DNA from: Nitrospirota bacterium
GTDB taxonomy: Bacteria; Nitrospirota; UBA9217
Direction of reading: 5' to 3'
NCBI GenBank assembly: GCA_963740085.1
Contig: CAVUCU010000007.1
Location: forward strand, 64,001 to 128,000
Length of the DNA: 64,000 bases
Each line of letters opens with the position of its first letter. The first letter of the stretch is position 1. Shown here one piece after another: positions 9,236-16,687 of this stretch. The position numbers and the translations under genes are program-made. The notes under the pieces are model-generated. The model saw nothing but the letters and a program-made list of their open reading frames with translations. It was not told the DNA's origin and did not search any database.

Positions 9236-10015
9236 CTACGTCCCGATCATCCCGTCCAGCGGGCTGCTGGCCGTGGCATAGAGCTTCTTCGGGATCCTCC
9301 CCGCTTTGTACGCGAGACGGCCGGCAAGCACGCCGTACTTCATGGCCTCGGCCATCACGATCGGGTCCTTTGCTCCGGCGATCGCGGTGTTCAGCAGCAC
9401 GGCATCGCACCCCAGTTCCATGGCAAGCGCAACATCCGAGGCCGTTCCCACGCCCGCGTCAACGATCATCGGCACCTTCACGGTTTCCATGATGATCCTG
9501 AGATTGTACGGGTTCCTGATTCCGAGGCCGGAGCCGATAGGCGCCGCAAGCGGCATGACCGCGGGACAGCCGATGTCCACAAGCTTCCTGGCCATGATCG
9601 GGTCATCGCTCACATAGGGAAGCACGACCAGGCCTTCCTTCACCAGTACCTTCGCCGCCTCAAGCGTCGCTTCGTTGTCCGGAAACAGGGTCTTGTCGTC
9701 TCCGATCACTTCGAGTTTCACGAGCTTCGAGATTCCCGCCTCCGCCGCGAGCATGGCCGTGCGGATCGCGTCCTTTGCCGTGTAGCAGCCGGCGGTGTTC
9801 GGAAGGATCTTATATTTTTTCGGATCGATATAATCGAGCAGGTTATCTTTGCTCTTGTCGATAATGTTGACCCGCCGGACCGACACGGTCACGACATCGG
9901 TGCCCGAGACCTCGATCGCCCTCTTCGTCTCCTCAAAATCCTTGTATTTCCCTGTCCCCACCCAGAGCCGCGAACTGAACTCAATGCCTGCAATGGTCAG
10001 TTTGTCGTCAGTCAT
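9236..10015 (-). CDS. thiG: Thiazole synthase
   Basis: [42 protein letters not shown]. Confidence 0.96.
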   Translation of the reverse strand: MTDDKLTIAGIEFSSRLWVGTGKYKDFEETKRAIEVSGTDVVTVSVRRVNIIDKSKDNLLDYIDPKKYKILPNTAGCYTAKDAIRTAMLAAEAGISKLVKLEVIGDDKTLFPDNEATLEAAKVLVKEGLVVLPYVSDDPIMARKLVDIGCPAVMPLAAPIGSGLGIRNPYNLRIIMETVKVPMIVDAGVGTASDVALAMELGCDAVLLNTAIAGAKDPIVMAEAMKYGVLAGRLAYKAGRIPKKLYATASSPLDGMIGT

Positions 10016-10032
10016 ACTAAACCCATCCTTGA

Positions 10033-10281
10033 TTATTCAATTTCCAGCATGCAATTTGTAATTTCCGATTGCGCTTGCGCGCACCCTCCCGCCATAAAGC
10101 TCACCACTTCCAGAACATCACCGTCCCTGATCGTTGTCTCGCCGTACCGGTCCTTCTTAACGATCTCCCTGTTCAGCTCGACCGCAACGCGCTGCTGCTG
10201 GACCTTCAGAAAATCGAGCAACCCGGGGACCGTAATGCCGCTCGGAACTTCTTTCTTTTCACCGTTCAGCGTTATGATCAT
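10033..10281 (-). CDS. thiS: Sulfur carrier ThiS with a 16-aa extension after the GG motif
   Basis: MIITLNGE...[11 protein letters not shown]...[14 protein letters not shown] followed by [16 protein letters not shown]. Confidence 0.88.
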   Translation of the reverse strand: MIITLNGEKKEVPSGITVPGLLDFLKVQQQRVAVELNREIVKKDRYGETTIRDGDVLEVVSFMAGGCAQAQSEITNCMLEIE

Positions 10282-10360
10282 TCGGCCTCTCCCTTTTTTG
10301 GACCAGGATAACCGCCTTAGCGTGATCGGCAACAACACGCCGACATGGTGGGCTCGATCC

Positions 10361-10395
10361 AAAAAACAAAAAAACCACGCCGGATGGCGTGGCTC
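10361..10395 (-). terminator. Intrinsic terminator, expression platform of the TPP riboswitch
   Basis: Minus strand: CCACGCC-ATCC-GGCGTGG followed by a T-tract. Confidence 0.75.
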
Positions 10396-10419
10396 GAAAA
10401 GGTTTTACACGATGCGCTA

Positions 10420-10516
10420 CTCGCCTTCCCTACGCCGGTACTACCCGGATCAGGTTCTAAGGGTCGTCCCTGATATCAGGACTCTCAGCCCCGCCCTGCG
10501 GGGCTCCCCCAGCTTT
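10420..10516 (-). ncRNA. TPP riboswitch
   Basis: Minus strand: GGGGGAGCCCC...GGCTGAGAG...GACCCTTAGAACCTGATCCGGGTAGTACCGGCGTAGGGAAG, upstream of thiS. Confidence 0.95.
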
Positions 10517-10526
10517 CTGTAGTGGT

Positions 10527-10555
10527 ACAATACAGCACGTCAGAATCATTGTCAA
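10527..10555 (-). promoter_or_regulatory. Sigma70-type promoter of the thi operon
   Basis: TTGACA-17 bp-TATTGT just before the riboswitch. Confidence 0.65.
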
Positions 10556-10582
10556 TAACATTTAGGCGCCGTTGCCGCGCTT

Positions 10583-11179
10583 TTACCCGTTCAGCAGTTT
10601 TACAACAGCCATGCCGTCATCATAAAAATCGATGATATTGAGACCGCCGAAGGCCTGTTCTATCCGAAAAATATTCAGCGGTTCCATGCCGAGCGTGTCG
10701 GCAAGGATGACCCTGTTCACGCCGCCGTGGAGGAGCATGGCGATCTCCTGCTCCCGATGGGACGCGACCAGCCGTTTGAACACCGGCAGGACCCGCGCGC
10801 TCACGTCGAGGAGACACTCTCCGCCGGGAGGGCGATAATGGAGCAGGTCTGCCCGCCACGCCGCGTATTGTTCGGGGAAGCGCGTTTTTATCTCTTCGGC
10901 CGTCAGGCCTTCCCATGCGCCTACGCTGCGTTCCCGGAGTTCGGGAAGGGGCGTGTACGATATGCCGAAACGGTCGGAGATGATTGCGGCGCCTCTGGTC
11001 GAACGGATGAGGTCGCTCGAATAGACGGCGGAGATCTTCTTGTCTTCAAGCAGCCCCGCCAGCCGGTGCATCTGTTCGATGCCCTTCTTCGTGATGTCGA
11101 TATCAATATGACCGTTGTACCGCTTCTCACCGTCGTTCGCCACTTCGCCGTGGCGCATGAGGTAAACCCGGGTAGGCAT
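10583..11179 (-). CDS. cobC: Alpha-ribazole phosphatase (histidine phosphatase)
   Basis: YLMRHGE, SSDLIRS, LRERSVGAWEG, HGGVNR; next to cobS. Confidence 0.85.
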   Translation of the reverse strand: MPTRVYLMRHGEVANDGEKRYNGHIDIDITKKGIEQMHRLAGLLEDKKISAVYSSDLIRSTRGAAIISDRFGISYTPLPELRERSVGAWEGLTAEEIKTRFPEQYAAWRADLLHYRPPGGECLLDVSARVLPVFKRLVASHREQEIAMLLHGGVNRVILADTLGMEPLNIFRIEQAFGGLNIIDFYDDGMAVVKLLNG

Positions 11180-11183
11180 TGCC

Positions 11184-11969
11184 CTAATTCCCACTCGATA
11201 AGATCACAAAGAGAAAGAGCACAAGCACCTCGTTCAATTCGCTCATTGCACCGATCGCGTCCCCGGTCACCCCGCCCAGCTTTCGAACAAGGTATCGCTT
11301 ACCGAGATAGGTAAGCAGCAGAACACCGCCGATCAGGGTAAAAAAAAGGATAACGGAATGTACATCCAGCCGCACCACCACGAATGCCGACAACCCGATG
11401 GCTACTGCGGATGTTGCGAGCACGCCGCTTGTTCTGAGATGTCCCACAAAGGCCTTGCCCATGCCGTGCTCACGGACGTACTCCGCATTGGACACCATGA
11501 GCGTCTGCGACCAGCGGGCCAGCACCGGCGCGACAAGCAGCGCGACGATCCTGTCAGTCTCAAAGAGATTGTTGAGACACAGATATTTCATGAACAGGAC
11601 GAAGACGATACCAAGCGCCCCGGCGGTCCCAAGCCTGCTGTCCTTCATGATGGCAAGCCGTGAGGAGTGGTCGCTTCCGCCCATCAGTCCGTCGAGCGTA
11701 TCGGCCAGTCCGTCGACATGGAGCGCCCGGGTGATGAACACGGAAATGATGACGAGAAGGAACGTGGCAACGGTCTGGGGCAGGGCGATCAGGGCAAAGA
11801 TCTTGTCCGCGTTGACCAGAAGAACCCCGATCAGAAAGCCGATAAACGGGAAATAGACCATGGACTTCGCCAGGTCCCCTTCCTCTACCTCATGATCCTT
11901 GCGTATGGTGAAAATGGTGAGAAATTGCAGCGCGGTAAGAAAGTTTTTAATCATCTTTTCATCCTGCAT
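11184..11969 (-). CDS. cobS: Adenosylcobinamide-GDP ribazoletransferase
   Basis: ALQFLT, LHVDGLADTLDG, IMKDSRLG, GGVTGDAIGA. Confidence 0.95.
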   Translation of the reverse strand: MQDEKMIKNFLTALQFLTIFTIRKDHEVEEGDLAKSMVYFPFIGFLIGVLLVNADKIFALIALPQTVATFLLVIISVFITRALHVDGLADTLDGLMGGSDHSSRLAIMKDSRLGTAGALGIVFVLFMKYLCLNNLFETDRIVALLVAPVLARWSQTLMVSNAEYVREHGMGKAFVGHLRTSGVLATSAVAIGLSAFVVVRLDVHSVILFFTLIGGVLLLTYLGKRYLVRKLGGVTGDAIGAMSELNEVLVLFLFVILSSGN

Positions 11970-12052
11970 CCGCTGCGGAAAACCATCCCGCTTGCCTCTC
12001 TGTTTTACTCCTTACGCTTGAGACTTACTCCTGTCTCCTGATTGCCATTTCC

Positions 12053-13120
12053 TCACGCCTTCACCCCTTCGGCCTTCTCTGCCACACCTGCATCCGCAAA
12101 GGTCGACATCTCACCAAGTATCTTCACACCTGCTTCAACGAGGGACATGCCGAGGGCGGCGCCGGTTCCTTCTCCGAGCCGAAGGTTCAGGTCCAGAAGC
12201 GGGACCTGTTCGAGGTGTTCGAGCATCTTCCTGTGGCCGATCTCCACCGACTGATGCGCGGCAATAAGGCAGCCTGTGACCAGAGGATTCATTTCCGCCG
12301 CAATAAGCGCGCCCGCGGTCGAGATAAATCCGTCGATAACAACAGGGATCCGGTACAGCGCGGCCCCAAGCACGAGGCCCGTGATTCCGGCGATTTCAAA
12401 CCCTCCGACCTTGGCGAGCACGTCAAGGGCGTCCTTGGGATCCGGGTTATTCACGGAGATCGCCTTTCTGATAACAGCGATCTTGTTCTGCAAAGAACGG
12501 TCGTCAATACCCGTACCGCGGCCGGTAACTGTACCCGGGTCCGCGCCGGTGATGACGGCGACTATCGCCGAAGACGGCGTCGTGTTCCCGATGCCCATGT
12601 CCCCGGTTCCCAGAAGGTCGAGGCCATCTTTATATTTTTCCACCAGTTCTATCCCGTTCAGCACGGCCCGCTCGGCCTCGTCGCGAGTCATGGCCGGGCC
12701 TTTGGTCATATTCCGGGTGCCGCGGCGTATCTTCCTGATCTCAAGTCCTTCCATCGGCTCGAAATCGTAATCAACGCCCATGTCAACCACGATAACCCTC
12801 GCGCCCACATGCTTTGCAAGCACGTTCACCCCGGCGCCGCCGCGGATGAAGTTCAAAACCATCTGGGGCGTTACTTCTTTGGGAAATGCGCTGACACCCT
12901 CTTCGGTCACTCCGTGATCGCCGGCAAAGGTGAAAATGATCTTGTTACGGATCGTCGGCTTGTCTTTGCCCGTGATAAGACAATATTTTTTGGCGAGTTC
13001 CTCAAGCCGCCCGAGGCTCCCCTGCGGTTTCGTCAGATTATCGAGCTGTGCCTGGACCGCATTGCTGCGCGATACGTCGACAGGCTTAATGCCGTTTATG
13101 ACTTCCTGGAGTTTGCTCAC
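12053..13120 (-). CDS. cobT: Nicotinate-nucleotide-dimethylbenzimidazole phosphoribosyltransferase
   Basis: [42 protein letters not shown]. Confidence 0.96.
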   Translation of the reverse strand: MSKLQEVINGIKPVDVSRSNAVQAQLDNLTKPQGSLGRLEELAKKYCLITGKDKPTIRNKIIFTFAGDHGVTEEGVSAFPKEVTPQMVLNFIRGGAGVNVLAKHVGARVIVVDMGVDYDFEPMEGLEIRKIRRGTRNMTKGPAMTRDEAERAVLNGIELVEKYKDGLDLLGTGDMGIGNTTPSSAIVAVITGADPGTVTGRGTGIDDRSLQNKIAVIRKAISVNNPDPKDALDVLAKVGGFEIAGITGLVLGAALYRIPVVIDGFISTAGALIAAEMNPLVTGCLIAAHQSVEIGHRKMLEHLEQVPLLDLNLRLGEGTGAALGMSLVEAGVKILGEMSTFADAGVAEKAEGVKA

Positions 13121-13347
13121 TTTGTTCTCCTTTTAAGCAAAAAAAATATTATGGGGCAAGGGGCATTTCTTTCATAACCTTCGGCAATATAAGCAGGGAT
13201 AGAAACAACAGCACGTTGTATTTGTGATATCAATCCATACGTTTCAGCCTTCGGGAATATCTTTGTAAGCCGATAAATCTCCAAGGTTAGTTCATATGCC
13301 ATTTGCCAAACAGTAAGTTGCCTAAATCCCTTTGTTTCTTTTTCCAT
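13117..13347 (-). pseudogene. Truncated four-helix-bundle protein (23S rRNA intervening-sequence / TIGR02436-like), flanked by heptamer repeats
   Basis: FRQLTVWQMAYELTLEIYRLTKIFPKAETYGLISQIQRAVVSIPAYIAEGYER then loses similarity; lower GC than the cob genes. Confidence 0.85.
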
Positions 13348-13386
13348 GACCCATGACCCCTGCCCCCGCCGCTTGCCCCTGACCCA

Positions 13387-13908
13387 TTATTTGATCTTCA
13401 CCGGTATTCCCGCCGCAGTGAAATATACCTCATGTGCCGCCAGTGCCACCCGCTGGTTCAGGATCCCGGCAAAATCCCGAAATCTCCTCGCAAGCGGATT
13501 ATCCGGCACGATGCCGAGCCCCACTTCGTTGGACACAATGATGCATGCGCCGTCAAACTTTTCTATCGCCGCCACCAGATCTTCGGTCCTGGAGGTCACT
13601 GCGCCGTCACCCTCCGTATGGGCCATGACGTTGCTCAGCCAGAGGGTGAGGCAATCGAGGAGCACCACGTCATAGCGGCCGGAGAGCCTCTTGAGCAGTT
13701 GAGCCACCGCGATCGGCTCCTCATAGGTGTCCCATGCAGTGCCCCGGTCTTTTCTGTGTTTCTGGATCCTCGCCGCCATCTCGGGGTCGAGCGCCTGCGC
13801 TGTGGCGAGGTACGCCCGCTTACCCCCCAGTTCGCCGGCCAGTTTCTCGGCAAACGCCGACTTCCCGGACCGTGCCCCGCCGGTAATGAAGTATATTTTA
13901 TGAGACAT
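13387..13908 (-). CDS. cobU: Adenosylcobinamide kinase / cobinamide-phosphate guanylyltransferase
   Basis: ITGGARSGKSAFAE, YLATA, LLDCLTLWLSN, VSNEVGLGIVP. Confidence 0.96.
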   Translation of the reverse strand: MSHKIYFITGGARSGKSAFAEKLAGELGGKRAYLATAQALDPEMAARIQKHRKDRGTAWDTYEEPIAVAQLLKRLSGRYDVVLLDCLTLWLSNVMAHTEGDGAVTSRTEDLVAAIEKFDGACIIVSNEVGLGIVPDNPLARRFRDFAGILNQRVALAAHEVYFTAAGIPVKIK

Positions 13909-13927
13909 GACAAGGCATCATTCGCAG

Positions 13928-13959
13928 AAAAAAACCCCGCCTGTTCCTTCAGGAGGGGT
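13928..13959 (-). terminator. Intrinsic terminator directly upstream of cobU
   Basis: Minus strand: CCCCTCCTG-AAGGAA-CAGGCGGGG-TTTTTTT. Confidence 0.75.
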
Positions 13960-14083
13960 GAACATTCAGACTGACACGTGACAGCTCGTCAGATCGCAAA
14001 CAAAATTCCGTTACTCCTTCAAAAGCCTTTTTGTCCGTCGCCTGCCAGTCTGTCTCAGTAAATCTGTCTTCGTAATGCATGTA

Positions 14084-14111
14084 TGGACCGGGCGACGGGA
14101 TTCGAACCCGC
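14084..14111 (-). repeat. Direct-repeat copy of the tRNA-Gly 3' end (att-like, or tRNA minihelix)
   Basis: 27 of 28 nt identical to 15096-15123. Confidence 0.9.
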
Positions 14112-14131
14112 TTTGACTCAACCCGGAAGTG

Positions 14132-14160
14132 ATTATAATTCAAGTGTTACATCTTGTCAA
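14132..14160 (-). promoter_or_regulatory. Consensus sigma70 promoter
   Basis: TTGACA-17 bp-TATAAT on the minus strand. Confidence 0.8.
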
Positions 14161-14529
14161 TAGCGTAAAAAGTGCTTTACTTTTCCTTTACACATTCAAG
14201 TTGGCGATTAGATTCTCACCCCCTTGCAAATTACTTCAGTCCGTCTATACTCTACCCCATCACTAGCACAATCGAGGAAAGAACACCCCCACATGACCCT
14301 CTCCCTATTCGGTTTACCAATAGACATCCTCGGCGTTCCCAGCTACGATTTCACACCCCGTACCTTCTCATAGTAAACTGTCCTTCAAAAGCCTATATAT
14401 CAGATGGAACCGTACCCCACCAAAAGCAAACCATTTATAATGGTCTTGACATATTTTAGATGGAATGTTACAATATTTCATAACTGATGGCTATCATGGT
14501 TTCTGCTGAGAGGAGAGAGGAGATAGGAA

Positions 14530-14784
14530 ATGAAGGATGGATTAGATTTGCAAATCAATCAGTCACAAGATACTTCAGCAACTGTGAATTTTGCTGCCTT
14601 TATTCCCCGATTGTGGATGATAATGATTGTTTTTGCCATTCCCTTTTTGATTATCACTTGGCACTTTTTTGAAGCGTTAGAAAGACGTGGAGACACTTGG
14701 GCTTTTATTGCAGATATGCTTCTGCCAGCAACCAACATAGCTTTCGTGGCGTTGATATTTATGTTAAAAAGTAAAAAGATTTAA
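14530..14784 (+). CDS. Small hypothetical membrane protein with 2 TM helices
   Basis: Purine-rich RBS; two hydrophobic stretches; AT-rich. Confidence 0.45.
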   Translation: MKDGLDLQINQSQDTSATVNFAAFIPRLWMIMIVFAIPFLIITWHFFEALERRGDTWAFIADMLLPATNIAFVALIFMLKSKKI

Positions 14785-14894
14785 TTTTTCATGAAAAAAG
14801 ATAGCAACAGAAGGATGTTGCATATTAGGTAAATCATCAAAACAAGGAAACCATATGTAGAAGTAACAATCAAATATTCCGCTGTTAAGAACTA

Positions 14895-14980
14895 CGTAAT
14901 TTCGGCAAACCCGGTGAAAATCGGTGACGCAAAGCTATAGGGGCTTCGATTAATAACCATGCCAGCCAGCTGTAATTACG
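14895..14980 (+). ncRNA. c-di-GMP-I (GEMM-I) riboswitch-like element with a variant 3' junction
   Basis: CGTAATT-TC-GGCAAACCCGGT-GAAA-ATCGGT-GACGCAAAGCTATAGGGG...ATGCCAGCCAGCTGT-AATTACG; outer P1 arms are complementary. Confidence 0.8.
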
Positions 14981-15095
14981 GGCATCTAGGAACGGATGCG
15001 GCTAAGAGGGTAGTAGATGGGTAATTTAGGTACGTTACAGATACTTTACACTCGGCTGAAACGTTATAATTTGCCTAATGAATTCATGTAAATAA

Positions 15096-15171
15096 TGGAG
15101 CGGGCGACGGGATTCGAACCCGCGACACCAAGCTTGGGAAGCTTGTACTCTACCAACTGAGCTACGCCCGC
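15096..15171 (-). tRNA. tRNA-Gly(CCC)
   Basis: GCGGGCGTAGCTCAGTTGGTAGAGTACAAGCTTCCCAAGCTTGGTGTCGCGGGTTCGAATCCCGTCGCCCGCTCCA; 76-nt cloverleaf with encoded CCA. Confidence 0.97.
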
Positions 15172-15184
15172 TTTTCCGAAAATC

Positions 15185-15213
15185 ATTATAGCGGCCGGCC
15201 TCTGTGTTGTCAA
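15185..15213 (-). promoter_or_regulatory. Consensus sigma70 promoter of tRNA-Gly
   Basis: TTGACA-17 bp-TATAAT. Confidence 0.8.
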
Positions 15214-15248
15214 TCAAAAACCCCGACGTCGCGTGCGACGCCGTTGCA

Positions 15249-15731
15249 TTACAGGTAAGCCTTGATGTCCTTTTCCAGCTCCTCGTCGCTGCCCATACCG
15301 AGATACCGCTTCGATATCTTGCCTTCTTTATCCAGCACCAGCATCATGGGGATCGAGCGCACCTGGTATTTTTTGGCGACATCCTCGGTGCCCTTCAGTA
15401 TGGTATAGGTAATTCCGCTTTCCTTTATAAACGACTGTACCTCATCCCATCCGCCCTCGTCCATTGACACCGCGAGCAGCACCAGCCCCTTGTCCTTGTA
15501 TGCCTTATGCAGCTTCTCAAGACCCGGCACGGATGCGCGGCACGGCGGGCACCAGGTGGCCCAGAACTCGAGCAGCACAACCTTGCCTTTGTAATCCGAC
15601 AGTTTAATGGTCTTCCCGCTCATGTCCTGGAGCGAAAAATCAGAGGCCATGGTGTCCAGATGTGCGCCTTTGTCAGTGCAGCCGGCCAGCAACGCCATCG
15701 CGATGATTGATAGAACAACGAATCTCTTCAC
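15249..15731 (-). CDS. TlpA-family disulfide reductase lipoprotein
   Basis: Lipobox LLAGC; FWATWCPPC. Confidence 0.9.
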   Translation of the reverse strand: MKRFVVLSIIAMALLAGCTDKGAHLDTMASDFSLQDMSGKTIKLSDYKGKVVLLEFWATWCPPCRASVPGLEKLHKAYKDKGLVLLAVSMDEGGWDEVQSFIKESGITYTILKGTEDVAKKYQVRSIPMMLVLDKEGKISKRYLGMGSDEELEKDIKAYL

Positions 15732-15850
15732 AGAAGCATCTCCTTCTCAAACAACCGATAAAACAAAAACTGCCCGCCAAAGCGGGCTGTCGATCCGACG
15801 ACTTGCATTCGAACCCAACATACCGGTGTCCAGCCATGCAGGAAAGACAA

Positions 15851-16174
15851 TTATTTCGATAGTAGTGTGTCCACCTTGGTCTTAAGCTGGGCCTTGGGCA
15901 CAGCACCGACCACCTGATCCACGGTCTGACCGCCCTTAAAGAACATGAGCGTCGGAATGCCCATGATGCGGTACTTGCCGGCTATGTCGGGATTCTCGTC
16001 CGTATTCAGTTTAACGACCTTGAGCTTGCCCGTGTAATCCTTCGCGATCTCGTCAACAATCGGTGCAACCATCCTGCAGGGCCCGCACCAGACCGCCCAG
16101 AAGTCCACCAGTACAAGACCTGGCGCTTTCAATACTTCCTGCTCCCATGTCGCACTCGTCACCGCTTCAGCCAT
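15851..16174 (-). CDS. trxA: Thioredoxin
   Basis: [15 protein letters not shown]; GAGGAG RBS before MAEAV. Confidence 0.95.
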   Translation of the reverse strand: MAEAVTSATWEQEVLKAPGLVLVDFWAVWCGPCRMVAPIVDEIAKDYTGKLKVVKLNTDENPDIAGKYRIMGIPTLMFFKGGQTVDQVVGAVPKAQLKTKVDTLLSK

Positions 16175-16191
16175 TGTAATCCTCCTCTTGA

Positions 16192-16386
16192 TTAAGCCTT
16201 TGCGACCGTTATGGATAGAACCTTCTTGATCGCTCCTTCGGGGCAGACGCGCGGACAAGCCCCGCAATCAATACATTCAAACGTAATGACCGCGTGCCCG
16301 TTTTGCATCTTGATCGCCTCGGTAGGACACACATCCAGACAGGTACCGCATCCGGTGCACTTATTTTCTGTAATTTGATACTGCAT
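16192..16386 (-). CDS. 2[4Fe-4S] ferredoxin
   Basis: [12 protein letters not shown] and [12 protein letters not shown]. Confidence 0.9.
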   Translation of the reverse strand: MQYQITENKCTGCGTCLDVCPTEAIKMQNGHAVITFECIDCGACPRVCPEGAIKKVLSITVAKA

Positions 16387-16687
16387 ATAACATATAACAA
16401 CTGTTTGCAATAATAAACCTTGCGATAGTCATTGTCAATAAATTTTACCTGTCCCGTAAATACATACTATCGCAGGCAGCGCTAAAAACCTGTTATAGTT
16501 TCGCCTCGTGATGGAGTAATTATGTTAAATTCTTCTTAAAAGAGCAAGAAGATCCAGAAACTATTTTGCCCCGTATTAAACCGGCGACATGGAACTACCC
16601 TGATTCAATTTATAGGTCCGGCTTATCCGGCCCAGGGAATGCGAAATCATTGTCTATTTACGGGACTTGTGGCATAATCAAAACGAG

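Noticed and set aside
13117-13347. Diversity-generating retroelement suggested by the Avd-like gene
   Set aside because: No reverse transcriptase and no TR/VR repeat pair in the window.
6174-13386. CRISPR array
   Set aside because: Repeats are 7-nt tandem units without regular 23-47 nt repeats and unique spacers; no cas genes. The AddB Cys-nuclease domain is not a stand-alone Cas4.
13909-14083. Cobalamin riboswitch upstream of cobU
   Set aside because: No B12-box or GGGAA/GCCCCCGC core visible on either strand; kept only as an unassigned structured RNA.
13928-14126. Permuted (two-piece) tmRNA or hammerhead ribozyme (CTGACGAG)
   Set aside because: No G3-U70 pair or A73, no downstream GGGG 5' acceptor strand or tag ORF, and no GAAA after a stem II.
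15760-15850. T-loop-like GGGTTCGAAT between trxA and tlpA
   Set aside because: No T-stem or acceptor stem; only a terminator-like hairpin follows.
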